In this document: in pieces, positions 11,790-22,796 of the stretch
Numbering within the stretch: position 1 is the stretch's first letter
Layout: every line of letters starts with the position of its first letter
NCBI GenBank assembly: GCA_000002445.1
Contig: CM000208.1
Span: forward strand, 736,001-800,000
Origin: Trypanosoma brucei
Lineage: Eukaryota
DNA: 64,000 bases
Direction of reading: 5' to 3'
The notes under the pieces: model-generated
Database searches by the model: none
Seen by the model: the letters and a program-made list of their open reading frames with translations, nothing else
What the model was told of the DNA's origin: nothing
Translations under genes and position numbers: made by a program

Positions 11790-14390
11790 ATGAGCTCCTT
11801 GACGGAATTGTTAACTGCGTTAGGTAGCCCAGACCCCTCAGTGCGGATTCCAGCGGAAGAACAAGTGAACCGAGCCAAGCAGGGAGGTTTAGGTGGGTTC
11901 CTGTGCAGCTTGTTGGAGGAGTTTCGGGATGAGTCAAAGCCACTGTTCGCTCGAAATATGGCTGGAACTTTGCTGAAAAACGCCGTTGCGCCAAATCTTC
12001 GTGAAACGGCAGCTCGTCGCGCTCTGGAACGGGAATGGAAAAATCTCCCGGTTGCCCTTCGGACTGAGGTGAAGCAATGCGTTCTGTCGACACTTGGTTC
12101 ACCAAAAAAAGATATACAGAATGTGGCAGCAAATATTATTGGGAATCTTTCGCGCATAGAGTTACCGGCAGGGGAGTGGCCGGACCTCATGGACATACTA
12201 ATAAGTGCAACGGAGTCTCAAAGTGAATTTCACCAGGTGGCAGCTCTAACAGCAATCGGTTACGTGTGCGAAGAAGGACATGACCACGAGGACGTTGAAG
12301 CAGCGTTGATAAATTATACGGGTGGCATTCTGAACGCTGTTGTGTGTGGTATGAACAGCGGAAAGGAGGAAGTGTGTTACTGCGCAACAAATGCGCTATG
12401 TAATGCCATGGAGTTCATTCATGACAATATGCAACAACAAAACCAGAGGGATCTTCTCGTCGACACTCTCTGCCGCACTGTCGCATCAAGTCACAACTCC
12501 CGTACTCGTGAAAAAGCGATGGAGTCGTTAGTTAAAGTTGCCGACATGTACTATTCCACACTTCCTAACTACATCGATCGGTTACACGCCATCACAACCG
12601 GGGCTATCTTTGGTGAAGAAGAAGGTGTTGCATTGCAGGCGATGCTTTTTTGGATTTCCATCTGTGAAACTGAATTGGATATGAAGGAAAGCGCTGACCC
12701 GCGGTGCTTATTCTACGCCCAAAAAGGGGCTTCCATGCTAGTGAATATTTGCCTTCAAACTATTGTGCGGCAGGAGGAGGGCCAAGAAGAGGGTGACTGG
12801 AACATTGCGATAGCTGGCGGTAAACTCTTACAGAGCCTTGCTATGTGTATTCAAGATCCTGTTGTCGATCTCGTAATGCCATTTGTATATAGTAACATTG
12901 AGGGCGCAACATGGAGAGAAAAAGAGGCAGCAGTTCTGGCATTTGGTTGTATTTTGAACGGTCCTAATGCAGATAAAATTCAAGATACCGTTGCGCAAGC
13001 TGTGCCCGGACTTCTGCAGTACATTCGTCATGATCATCCCTTGGTTGCTGATACAGCTGGCTGGGTACTCGCCACTGTGTGCGAACTTTTTGGTGACGTG
13101 TTTCTGCTTCAGCCGTGGAACCTACAGCAATTGATCAACATCGTCACACCAATGATCGGTGAAGGAACTGAGAAAGCTATCAGGGGGTGCCACATTGTAC
13201 ATAATCTCTCGCTTACCTATGAGGAGGAGGACTGCCAACCCACTAACGAGTTATCGCGATACTTTGCCGAACTGCTAAACGTGCTGCTTTTGGCGATTGA
13301 CAAGGGTGTCGATTACACTGTGAAAAGCGTCGCTCAAGAGGCGTTGAATGCGCTTATTGATGCAGCTGCCGTTGACTGCCTTCAGTTTCTTAATCTTCTT
13401 GTGCCTGAGCTGCACAAACGCATTTACAATGTGTTGGGAGAGCGTCAACAAGGCCAAGTGGGTGAGATGGAGGCTTCCTCATTGCTTGGCTTGCTGTGTG
13501 GGTCGCTGGGAAGCACTGCCAGGAAGTTGATGCTTGCGTTTAATGAGCATCTACAACCGAGTATGGAGATTGTACTGAAGATACTCGAGAACCCTCAGGG
13601 CACCGTTCTAGAGGAGGTGCTCACGATGTTAGGGAGTTTTGCTCATGCCGTTAAGCAAGGAATGGCACCTTACCTTGATCGCATCACAGGTCATGTGGTT
13701 AAAGCATTGCAGTGTGTGGATGAACCCGATCTTGTTACAGTGGCTGTGGGTACGGTGGGTGATCTTTCGTTGGGGGTACAGAAAGATCTCGCCCCTTACG
13801 TGGAAGGTATTCTTGGCGCCTTGTACGGCAATCTGCAGAACCCCGAAGTGGATCGCTGTGTAAAGTGTATTTTCCTCAACTGCATCGGCGATATTGTGTT
13901 GAACGTAGGCGAGGCGAACTTTGCTCAGTATGTAAACATTTTTATGCCGTTTGTCCATTCCATGTTTGAGCAGAGTTGTGGAGTAAACGTAACTGATGAT
14001 CCCGATAATGAGGAGTATGTTATGTCCTTATGGGAGAGTATCTCTACTTTGTACACGAGTGTGTGCCAAAGTTTTAAGGGCAACGAAATCCCTCTGGCTC
14101 CATATTTACAAAACATGCTACAGTTTGTCCTTTACACCGCACCTCTCGCCAAGTCTCACGGCTACGTTGAGGTGTTTATAGCGATCATCACAGTTATTGG
14201 CGATATGGCATCTGTATTGAAGAGTGTTTCCTTAAAAGAGTTGAGGCAGCAGGCGCAAAGCGCTCTTCTCTCCAGCGAGGTGGTGGCCATCGTCAAAGTG
14301 GCCGCAGAATTGAATGACGGACGTGATGGTTTCAGGGAGCAAGTGCGGTGGGTGGAAAGCCAACTTCAACAACTTTCAAAGGTGGTGTAA
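11790..14390 (+). CDS. Importin beta-1 / karyopherin beta (KAP95-like), 866 aa
   Basis: N-terminal importin-beta domain: MSSLTELLTALGSPDPSVRIPAEEQVNRAKQGGLGGFLCSL...ARNMAGTLLKNAV. The rest is HEAT-repeat-like and the size is as expected. The ATG at 11790 was verified. Confidence 0.85.
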   Translation: MSSLTELLTALGSPDPSVRIPAEEQVNRAKQGGLGGFLCSLLEEFRDESKPLFARNMAGTLLKNAVAPNLRETAARRALEREWKNLPVALRTEVKQCVLSTLGSPKKDIQNVAANIIGNLSRIELPAGEWPDLMDILISATESQSEFHQVAALTAIGYVCEEGHDHEDVEAALINYTGGILNAVVCGMNSGKEEVCYCATNALCNAMEFIHDNMQQQNQRDLLVDTLCRTVASSHNSRTREKAMESLVKVADMYYSTLPNYIDRLHAITTGAIFGEEEGVALQAMLFWISICETELDMKESADPRCLFYAQKGASMLVNICLQTIVRQEEGQEEGDWNIAIAGGKLLQSLAMCIQDPVVDLVMPFVYSNIEGATWREKEAAVLAFGCILNGPNADKIQDTVAQAVPGLLQYIRHDHPLVADTAGWVLATVCELFGDVFLLQPWNLQQLINIVTPMIGEGTEKAIRGCHIVHNLSLTYEEEDCQPTNELSRYFAELLNVLLLAIDKGVDYTVKSVAQEALNALIDAAAVDCLQFLNLLVPELHKRIYNVLGERQQGQVGEMEASSLLGLLCGSLGSTARKLMLAFNEHLQPSMEIVLKILENPQGTVLEEVLTMLGSFAHAVKQGMAPYLDRITGHVVKALQCVDEPDLVTVAVGTVGDLSLGVQKDLAPYVEGILGALYGNLQNPEVDRCVKCIFLNCIGDIVLNVGEANFAQYVNIFMPFVHSMFEQSCGVNVTDDPDNEEYVMSLWESISTLYTSVCQSFKGNEIPLAPYLQNMLQFVLYTAPLAKSHGYVEVFIAIITVIGDMASVLKSVSLKELRQQAQSALLSSEVVAIVKVAAELNDGRDGFREQVRWVESQLQQLSKVV

Positions 14391-15222
14391 AGAAGGAAAG
14401 AGACAAACAAACAAAGTGAGTTGTGTAAACGTACGGGTGAAAAATAGTCGCAAGGGTGTAATCACTGTAGTTGAAACAAAAAAAAGAAGGGAGAAGGATA
14501 ACTGCTACTGCTTGTTCCTTTTTATCTCCTATATCTAACTCTGCTTTCCTTGTTTTAGCGCGTGGGAGAAGAAACTCTTTTTTTCGTGTTCGTGAGAAGA
14601 GATAATCAACGATAGTCGTACGGCCGGTTATCCAGCAGTAGGGTATTAGTACGGCAGTTGGTATAAGTGCAAGGAAGGGGAAGGAGGAGGCGGAGAAGGG
14701 GCTAGCAATTGACAGAAAAAAAAAGGAAGAGAAAAGCGACGACGGGCGGTTCCAAAGCAAGATGAGGTTTGCTTCCTGTTTATGCGTGTGGCGCGCCGCT
14801 TGGAGCAGTTTGTTATAATAATTATTAATGTCATTAGTTACCGCCCTCCCCCCTTCTCTCTCTCCCTCCTTTTCCTCCTTCTCTTTGACGTATACACCTT
14901 CGACGTGCATTACTTTTTTTTTTCTTGGGGGTGGGGAGGTGCGTCACTTTCTTTCTTCTATATCGTTAGTTTGTTTCTAACCTGTACTTTGTCAGTGTGG
15001 GAGTGTTTCGTTACGTGGCGCTATAATGACGGAAACGCACTTCAGGCATCACGGGTGCATTTCGGAAGCAGGTGAAAAATGAGGAGAAGGAAGGTGCAAA
15101 AGTTTATGAAGAGGCACATGGAGAGAACGGCAATGGAAAAGGCAAAAAAAGTGAGGAAGCAGCAAGTGTGAGGGGAGAGTGTACAGAAGCGTTTGCGGCA
15201 TGTGGTGTCGTGTATATCTGTC

Positions 15223-15242
15223 TGTGTGTGTGTGTGTGTGTG
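15223..15242. repeat. (TG)n microsatellite
   Basis: tgtgtgtgtgtgtgtgtgtg read directly in the sequence. Confidence 0.9.
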
Positions 15243-15295
15243 GAGCTCCCTTCCTTCCTCAAGGTGAGCCATGTTTGAAATAAATGATTAAGCTG

Positions 15296-15316
15296 ATAAT
15301 AATAATAATAATAATT
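15296..15316. repeat. (AAT)n microsatellite
   Basis: aataataataataataat run. Confidence 0.85.
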
Positions 15317-16434
15317 TTTATGTTAATTTTTTATTTTCGTGGTGGTCGACAGGAAACGGAAAGAAACAGGATAATGCACGATAGAAGCGCGCATCCCTGC
15401 CTATGAACTTGTTGGGGAGAAAGCGGGTAATAGAAATGAGTGGTTGTGAAGGTGCCGAAAGTGAAAACGGAGTTTCTCGTGGATAACAAGTGTGTGTGCC
15501 TCCCCATACACACACTTTTGTGTCTGTGCAATAATACGGTTAGGTGAGAAGTGAGCTGTTTGTGTTGATGGATATAAAGACATTTGGAAGCTGGTAAAGG
15601 AAAGAAGTTTGAAGTATGGAAGTTGGGACTAAGGGTGAGCGAGGATGATAGGACTTTGAATGCAACGCCATGTGGATGGGGAGGGAGAAAAAGAAAAAGG
15701 GAAAGGAAAAGAAGAGAAGGAAGCGATGAGCCAAGGATTACCACTCCCTGTAAATGTGATTTTTTTGATTTTTTGCTCCCCCTCTTCATAGTGCATTGAT
15801 GCAAAAAAAAAAAAGATAAAAATAAAAAGGATGTCATTCGATGGGCAGTGAAGTTGAAGCGCGTTGTGTGATTGATAAAACACTCATCTAGAGAGTAAGA
15901 GAGGAAGGGTGGGGTTAAGGGAAAAGCATATATATCTACTTGAACTTTACAGGTACTTGCGTTAGTGAAACCGACCGCGCCTGCGTATGTTTGCATGCGT
16001 GAGGTGATTGCGTTTTGTTCCCATTGGCCGTGCCCACATTGTCTTTTCCCGTTCTATTATTAGGACTGTCCTTCTAACTTCAGCTCACGTCTAACCCTCT
16101 TTACCTGTCACATTCCCCACCAGTTCACACATACGTACATACACACAAACTTCGCACCTTTCTGTGTGGTTTCTCACACTGCTTTTTGAGCCTTACGCAT
16201 CGTTGTCTTTTTCACGAGTAAAAAAAAAAAGAAAGAAAACGTTGTGTTTTGGAGCTCTTCGTAGCATCCATTACGTGCCCGCACGAGCAATAGCCGGCGT
16301 GTGTGCCGGAACTTCCCTCCCGTGTGCTGATGCAGTACGGTGTGGCCGAGGGGAAGGGTGTTGTTATTAAAACAACTATTTACACGTGATTAACACGACG
16401 GGAATCATTCATGCGCTTTGTTAACTAAGTACGC

Positions 16435-16454
16435 ATATATATATATATATATAT
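16435..16454. repeat. (AT)n microsatellite
   Basis: atatatatatatatatatat run. Confidence 0.9.
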
Positions 16455-17099
16455 TTATATATTTAAGGTGCAAAGGATATATGTCTGGTTACTGTGACAG
16501 ATCCTTTGAGCGCTCGTGTGGAATGGCCCGCGAGTGTGTTCAAAGGAGATGTGACGCCCACCACTTTCATTGTGTTTCATCGGTGTAAAGCACGCCCTTC
16601 TCTTATATTGTGCTTCCTTTCACTCTCTATTTTCTTTTTGTCCATTCTCCCGTTTTTTTTCCACCTTAGCGCCTTGTAGTGGGCAGGTGGTAGCGAATTC
16701 TCTTGAGATAAAGAAAGCCATGCGTACAGTGTTGTTGGCGTACCCGCAGGAGGAAATAAAGTAATACATATATATATCTTTGCTTCCAAAACAAACTGTC
16801 CTCTCTCACCTCTCTTTCATTTGAGGGAAGAAACAAAAAACTGTGGTGAAAAAACAAAAAAGACAACATCAAGAAACACAGAGAGGTAGCAGGCTAAGAG
16901 CACACGAGAAGTTTAACCCGTAACACTACTGCAGTGCCTTTCCGTCTCGCATGCCACACAACACTAACTTTATTTCTAAACATCACCATCATAACAGTTG
17001 TCGACAGTTTGGAGGCAGAACTTGAGAAACTTTCCTTTTTTTTTCATAAAGAGAAGGAATTGCTTTAGGCAAACAATAAACGGAGGGGAGGAACCGAAA

Positions 17100-18236
17100 A
17101 TGGATGCGATCCCACCTGAGTACGATAAGGACACCAAGGAGCGCATATACCGCCAAGAATGGCTCGAGTATTTTAATTACATTGGATGGGACAGAGCGGT
17201 ATCTGAACATCCAGAGCAGTATTACTCCATCTTTCCCGGGGGCCATCACCACGCATTACACAACATGAACAACGGGGGGTCGGTTATGGGCGATATAATG
17301 GGGAAACAAGAGAATATTGGTTCTATAGGCGTGTCAGCTCCTATTTTAGGTAATCAGCGGCCAGCCGGTGGTGCATCATATAGAGCTGGCATCCTTGCAC
17401 CACCGGTGATGACGACAGCCTCCGCTGCCGCAAAAATGTTTCTGGATGACGGAAGCAGTAGCGGTAGTGATGGTGACAGTCGGTACTCTTCTCGCTCTTC
17501 CTCTTCCTCTAGCGATGCATCATCACTGGACGGGAGCAAGGAACGTGATGGTGAAGTAAACCGTGGTCAAAGGCGCTATGAGCGTGCCGCGGAAGCTGGG
17601 GCGTCAGAGGCTGACACGAAAAAGAGTGCCTCCAACCGTCGGCGTCATCGGAGCGGTAGTGGCACCAAGCGCCGCTCTCGGTCCCGTCACAGGCATCGTG
17701 ATAAGTCGAGGCGACGCAGCACCAACAATGATAAAAAGTCAGGGCGAAAACGAGAGCGCAGTAAAGACGCGGAGGAAAGTCGGGCACGACGTGACGACAA
17801 ACCGCCAAGAAACGAACAAAAAACAGGTCGACGCGACGAGCGGCGGGAGCGTGACAACAAGCACCGATCGAACGACAGGGACGAGCGCCGCCACCACCAC
17901 CACCGTTCTGACAAGCCTCATGGAAGTGAACATGGGCGTAACCGCGATCGTGAACGTGATCGGGAACGGGAACGGGACCGGGATCGTGGCCGTGAGCGTG
18001 AGCGGGAGCGTGACCGGGACCGGGACTGGGACCGCCGGAAAGAGAAGGCACCAGCGGGTGGCGGTAGTTCCAATGGGAGTCGGTCGCACAAGGGACATTA
18101 TATTCTTCACGAAGGCAATGATAAGTTTCGTGGAAGGGGGGATGGATCGATATCTGCCGGGGGTGATAGGTATGATGACAGAAGGGAAGATGCTCGCCAG
18201 CGAAGGCAACGTGATGAAGGGCGATACAGGAGGTAG
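17100..18236 (+). CDS. Arginine-rich (RS/RD/RE dipeptide-repeat) protein, about 378 aa, with no recognisable RNA-binding fold seen by eye
   Basis: The track ORF starts at 16998, but its first 34 codons lie in a poly-T tract. The first ATG in the coding-looking part is at 17100 (MDAIPPEYDKD...). The C-terminal half is RRRHRSGSGTKRRSRSRHRHRDKSRRRS ... RDRERDRERERDRDRGRERERERDRDRDWDRR. Confidence 0.65.
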   Translation: MDAIPPEYDKDTKERIYRQEWLEYFNYIGWDRAVSEHPEQYYSIFPGGHHHALHNMNNGGSVMGDIMGKQENIGSIGVSAPILGNQRPAGGASYRAGILAPPVMTTASAAAKMFLDDGSSSGSDGDSRYSSRSSSSSSDASSLDGSKERDGEVNRGQRRYERAAEAGASEADTKKSASNRRRHRSGSGTKRRSRSRHRHRDKSRRRSTNNDKKSGRKRERSKDAEESRARRDDKPPRNEQKTGRRDERRERDNKHRSNDRDERRHHHHRSDKPHGSEHGRNRDRERDRERERDRDRGRERERERDRDRDWDRRKEKAPAGGGSSNGSRSHKGHYILHEGNDKFRGRGDGSISAGGDRYDDRREDARQRRQRDEGRYRR

Positions 18237-19625
18237 TGTATAATGATGCGCTACACTAAACAAAAATGTGTTTTGATTGTGTTTTGGAGCATGTGTGTGG
18301 TGAAGTGGTGTGTCACCCGCTTGCCCTTAGCAGGTGATTTGTAGACAACAGTGATGCCCCAGCCAGGAAGAAAATCGACTCGGGACGCGAGAAAAAGAAA
18401 AACGATGACAAATTACAACTTCCTGTTAATCACCACTGAGAGTTCGTTGGTTAAGCATTATTGGTTATCACCACACGCGTGTTTGGTTTTGCACCGTGTG
18501 TGGCGCAGGCTGCGTATGGTGCAGCAATTTCAAGCATACCTTATAATACGTTCCCTTATATGTTTCTTACCGTGTGTTTTTTTCTAACCACTCTCTCGGT
18601 ACCCAGCCGCCTGTTGTGCGCAACATCGTTGCTTTGTTATTTTTTTTTCTTTTGAAGCAACGTTGCTGCTTGATGTGTGGTTCTGTCAGTCCGTGTATGT
18701 TAGTGAAGGAGGGGCGGAATGCCGCCGTGACTGCTCGTGTTGTTAGAGTGTAGGGAAAGCGAATGCGTTTTTAAGCCGTTTGGTACAGTTGAATGTGGTT
18801 AAAAGGCTTCTCATTTCCCCGCAAACTAAAAAAAAAATAAATAACTCCTACTAATATACCTCACTCTCTTTCTTCTTCGGTGAACCAGCCTTTCTTGCAA
18901 CATTCAAAGATGAGGCATCACAGCAGCTTTGCTGCAGCATGTGTGTAAAGTGGATATGGCCATGCATGGGGAGGGAGTTCTAAATGGAAAAATAGGGAGA
19001 GTCTTGAGGGAAAGGAGAGGTGGCCACGGAAAAAACTTACAAGGGAAGTTGTTTATTTGTTCGTCTCCGTGTTTGCGTTTGTGTCGGGTGTGTTTGTTGT
19101 TGTTGTTGTGTTCTTACACCAGCACAAAGGAATATCGTTGGAAGTTCCGATAATGGGGATGTGCTGTAGCAATGAGAGAGTGCTTAATGAGGTAGGCAAA
19201 GTCAAACAGTTACGTGTATGGCTTGCTGCAATTGTCAATACCATTGATGGTGGACGCGCAGTAACGCGTGTCTTTTTGACCGTTTTAACTTTTTTTTCCA
19301 AAAATTCTCACACCATTATATGCGCTTGTGTTTATTTTCTTGGAAAGTTATTATTATTGTATCTTGTGTGTTCACCTTTATGCTCCATGTCTTGCACGGA
19401 CATCTCCTTCTCTTTTTTTTTACCTTTTATTCCTTTCTTGTGTAAATGGCACCGAGGGGGAGAATACAGAAAGGAACACGAAAGTGTGGGGTGTGTTATA
19501 TTCAAGCGTCCCTGTTTATATGTGTGCAAAGACCTGAGGAAAAAAACGAAGAAAAGGGTGATTAAACAAAAAAAAACCTCGCCAGACAAAATAGAAAGAA
19601 GATTACTTTTCTCATTCAGTGCAAA

Positions 19626-22600
19626 ATGACCAACCCACCCCAAGACACAAGCGGAATGAAGGAGCAAACGTGCTGGTGGAATGCTGGCTTACCTGCCACA
19701 CCCCTGTCATGTTTCGATCGTTCGCCCTCGCTGAGCAATGCAATTAGGTCTACTGTCTCCTCAACTCCACCATCCCATGGTTACGCTTTGGCAATAAATA
19801 TTGCGCCGGCCGAGACCAGGGACGGTAATAGGCTCCGTTCATGTATGTGTGCCAACCCTGACTGTAAAAACATTATATCATTTCCTCAATCGGGTTCAAC
19901 GTGTATCTATACGTGTTGCGGAAACCAATCGAAAGCTGTAGGAATGTGCGATGGGGCTATAGCTATGACACCAAGCTTCTGTCAGTCTCAAAATACATCG
20001 GACTTTGTATGCGGGAGTGTGCTTGGTTGTGGTAACAGAGTTGATGCGACGCCCTGTAACCTGCACGCACATGATAATTGGACAGGTGCACTTGGGAGTC
20101 ACCCCGCAGTCCAGGTTCCAACAGCTTCAGCCCCCGCACATACCCAAATTGGCGCGAAGAACTGTGTTGAGAGTATTGACGCCCAGAATGAAACTTGTGA
20201 AGAGGTAATGGAACCCTTTGAGTCGCGATTTCCTACTTCATCATGCGATCTTCATGCTCATGGGGAAGAGTGTGCGACACAGTCGGGGGAAAGTGACAAG
20301 AAGGTTATGATAGACTTACTTTTCCATATGTGGCGTCACGGGAAAACAGACGAATCTACTTCCGCACAAACGTGTAGGAGCAAATGTAGTGCAGTGGAGA
20401 CTCACTCATGTGCGCCCTCCAAAGTCGATCACGACTCACAGTGGGGGAAACCACTTCCTTGGCGTGCTTGTGAGAGCTCTCCCCCTTCGCATGATTGTAG
20501 CAATGCCTGCTCGCACTGCACCGTAAACAATCAACACATTAACGCATCTTCCCAGGATGCTGTGGCTGTGGGCAGGGAAGCAGATCCACATTGTTCTGCT
20601 TCTGGACGAAACCCACCTTCGACTGGCTCACGCCTGGAGCAGCACGCACTGCTAAACCACCTGAAGAAGACAGTGGAAAAGTTGCAGCAGAACTACAATG
20701 AACTTTACTGGAACTGTTTTTCGGATAGGAGCACGGACCAGAACACATCACAACCAACCTCAGGATCAGCAGGGTCGGAGAAACCTATTTGTAGTGCAGG
20801 AAAACGAAAAGAAGAGTTCGGCACCCGCACAAGCTGTCCGGTGCGTAATTTGACCGTGGAACCTGGCGACGATCATATGGGATCTGCCCCAAAAATAGAT
20901 GCTCGCAGTCGCTTATCAGGGGACTGCGTACCTCTACATACCACGAGTCGGGAAGCAGATGTGCCAAAACCCAAAGAATATGCTGCCCACATATCAGCTC
21001 CACCGGACGTAACGCCTTTCTATACGGGGCATTCACTGGCGACCTATATAGATAATGATGCCGAAGTATGCGTAGATAAAGACCAAATTTCGGCAGCACC
21101 AGGTATTGATACAGTAGATAGAATCAATAGATGTAAAGAGGCGGACATCAACGACTTGCCGTCAAGCTTCTGCCCGTTTCCTCCAGCAACACTAACCGCA
21201 TCATCACCCCCAGTCTCTGGTAGGTCAGCGAACGAAGGCGAGGTTTGTAATTACGGTACCGACAACGGGCTCCATAGCGAAAGTGCAAAAGATGAAAAAG
21301 TGTGCCGCAAGCTTGAAGAGAGATCCCCCCACGATTCGTTTGCTTCATTTCTTGTGTGTTCCCCCGACTCGAGCTTGACACGTCCCTTGTCGAATTCGAG
21401 ACCGCGTCGGAGCATTCCACTTACGTCTCCGGGTGATCCCGTAGCCACAGGTTCTGATGTCTATAACGTCTCGCCACGACTGAGCGACCGTCGTATAGTT
21501 TCGTCTGATGACTGGCGGCCACTCACACGCAACGCGGGTGCGGCGCAACGAGGCTTTGAGAGACGAATCGTATCGCCATCTCCGCGGGGTGGCACCGCGA
21601 CACGACCTCAGGGGGAGCGCATTTCATCGCATGCGAGCGTGGGTAGCGAAAGGGATCCAAGTGGATTAGTTCACACGGACAACTCTCCTCCAAGGCGGCG
21701 TACGGCTAACCTCACATTGCCAGGGAGCATCGCAACCACTTTCGCGGGCAATGACAGAAGAAGTCGATGGAGCCCTCGAAGACGTATAGCGCGGCCATCG
21801 TCACCACTCGCTGCGTCTTCGCGGTACGTAAGTCCTATACCCCACGAAGTGCGGACGGTGCTTCAACGCGACGAATCATTAACAATGTTAGATGCTCACC
21901 GGAGAAACATAGGGAAATTATCACCACAACCACCGAAGGACAACAGTATAGAGCACGTTTTTGCGAGACCGTGGACGGATGAGCAGGAAGTGACGGAGGG
22001 TGGGCGGAGGGCCCCAACATGGATACGCTATCAAAGGGGGTTTAACACCTCTTTGTCCAACATACCACCGGACACCTTTCGTCCTTCACGAGCACTGAGC
22101 TCTCGCGATTATATGTCACCTTCCACCGCTTCGTGGGACGCATCAACGTGGCGAGGCAATTATGTTGGCTCACGCAAGTGCGTTTCAGCTGAACGCCGAC
22201 CAAGGGGCATTGGCAACTCGCACGGTAGTGTCGACTTAGACAAGTACAACTTAGCGCAGAGGGACACTTACTGGCATAATTCACCAACACTTTTCTGCAA
22301 AAAAGAGAGCGAGGAAGTTCTGAGGTCGTGGAAGAAACTTGTGTCCCCCGAAGGGACTAATGAAATTGAAAGGAATGCATCGCCACCCTCGGTCCGCAGT
22401 ACCAAACAGGGACGCAATACGAAATCACCAGGCCAAAAGAGTAGTGGTCGCAGTTCCGTTGCAAGAATTAAGAATAAAGATAAGGGGAAATCTTCTGAAA
22501 AAGCAAATTGTTGCCCAGCTCCACAGAAATTAAATACGAGCACCAGGCGTTCAGTATCCAACGACGGTGCGGGAACGAAACCAGAGAGTCATGCGCTAGT

Positions 22601-22796
22601 AAGTACTGAAAAGCGCTGCAGATCACGCAGCGCCAGAAGGTACGGCATCTTAGCGGCTGCCTTGGATGTCAGCGGAGTCAGTACGGTAGAAGCCATCAAA
22701 GGCCTGAGAAGGCGCGGGAGGAGTAGGGACTCGTCCGTATCGCACCGCTTTGGGATTCGCAGAATGTCTGTTTCACCACGGAATGTCAAAAAGTAG
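19626..22796 (+). CDS. Hypothetical protein of 1056 aa. It has a Cys-rich N-terminal region and a long Ser/Pro/Arg-rich low-complexity tail.
   Basis: Long + strand ORF with a verified ATG at 19626, preceded by a CT-rich tract (19361-19442). The N-terminal about 300 aa contain many Cys plus two C(N/D)LHAH motifs. The remainder is S/P/R-rich. Confidence 0.65.
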   Translation: MTNPPQDTSGMKEQTCWWNAGLPATPLSCFDRSPSLSNAIRSTVSSTPPSHGYALAINIAPAETRDGNRLRSCMCANPDCKNIISFPQSGSTCIYTCCGNQSKAVGMCDGAIAMTPSFCQSQNTSDFVCGSVLGCGNRVDATPCNLHAHDNWTGALGSHPAVQVPTASAPAHTQIGAKNCVESIDAQNETCEEVMEPFESRFPTSSCDLHAHGEECATQSGESDKKVMIDLLFHMWRHGKTDESTSAQTCRSKCSAVETHSCAPSKVDHDSQWGKPLPWRACESSPPSHDCSNACSHCTVNNQHINASSQDAVAVGREADPHCSASGRNPPSTGSRLEQHALLNHLKKTVEKLQQNYNELYWNCFSDRSTDQNTSQPTSGSAGSEKPICSAGKRKEEFGTRTSCPVRNLTVEPGDDHMGSAPKIDARSRLSGDCVPLHTTSREADVPKPKEYAAHISAPPDVTPFYTGHSLATYIDNDAEVCVDKDQISAAPGIDTVDRINRCKEADINDLPSSFCPFPPATLTASSPPVSGRSANEGEVCNYGTDNGLHSESAKDEKVCRKLEERSPHDSFASFLVCSPDSSLTRPLSNSRPRRSIPLTSPGDPVATGSDVYNVSPRLSDRRIVSSDDWRPLTRNAGAAQRGFERRIVSPSPRGGTATRPQGERISSHASVGSERDPSGLVHTDNSPPRRRTANLTLPGSIATTFAGNDRRSRWSPRRRIARPSSPLAASSRYVSPIPHEVRTVLQRDESLTMLDAHRRNIGKLSPQPPKDNSIEHVFARPWTDEQEVTEGGRRAPTWIRYQRGFNTSLSNIPPDTFRPSRALSSRDYMSPSTASWDASTWRGNYVGSRKCVSAERRPRGIGNSHGSVDLDKYNLAQRDTYWHNSPTLFCKKESEEVLRSWKKLVSPEGTNEIERNASPPSVRSTKQGRNTKSPGQKSSGRSSVARIKNKDKGKSSEKANCCPAPQKLNTSTRRSVSNDGAGTKPESHALVSTEKRCRSRSARRYGILAAALDVSGVSTVEAIKGLRRRGRSRDSSVSHRFGIRRMSVSPRNVKK

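Noticed and set aside
15331-15996. 221-aa minus-strand ORF in the 2.7-kb spacer after importin beta.
   Set aside because: It is a low-complexity translation of purine/pyrimidine-rich spacer, antisense to the transcription unit, with no domain signal.
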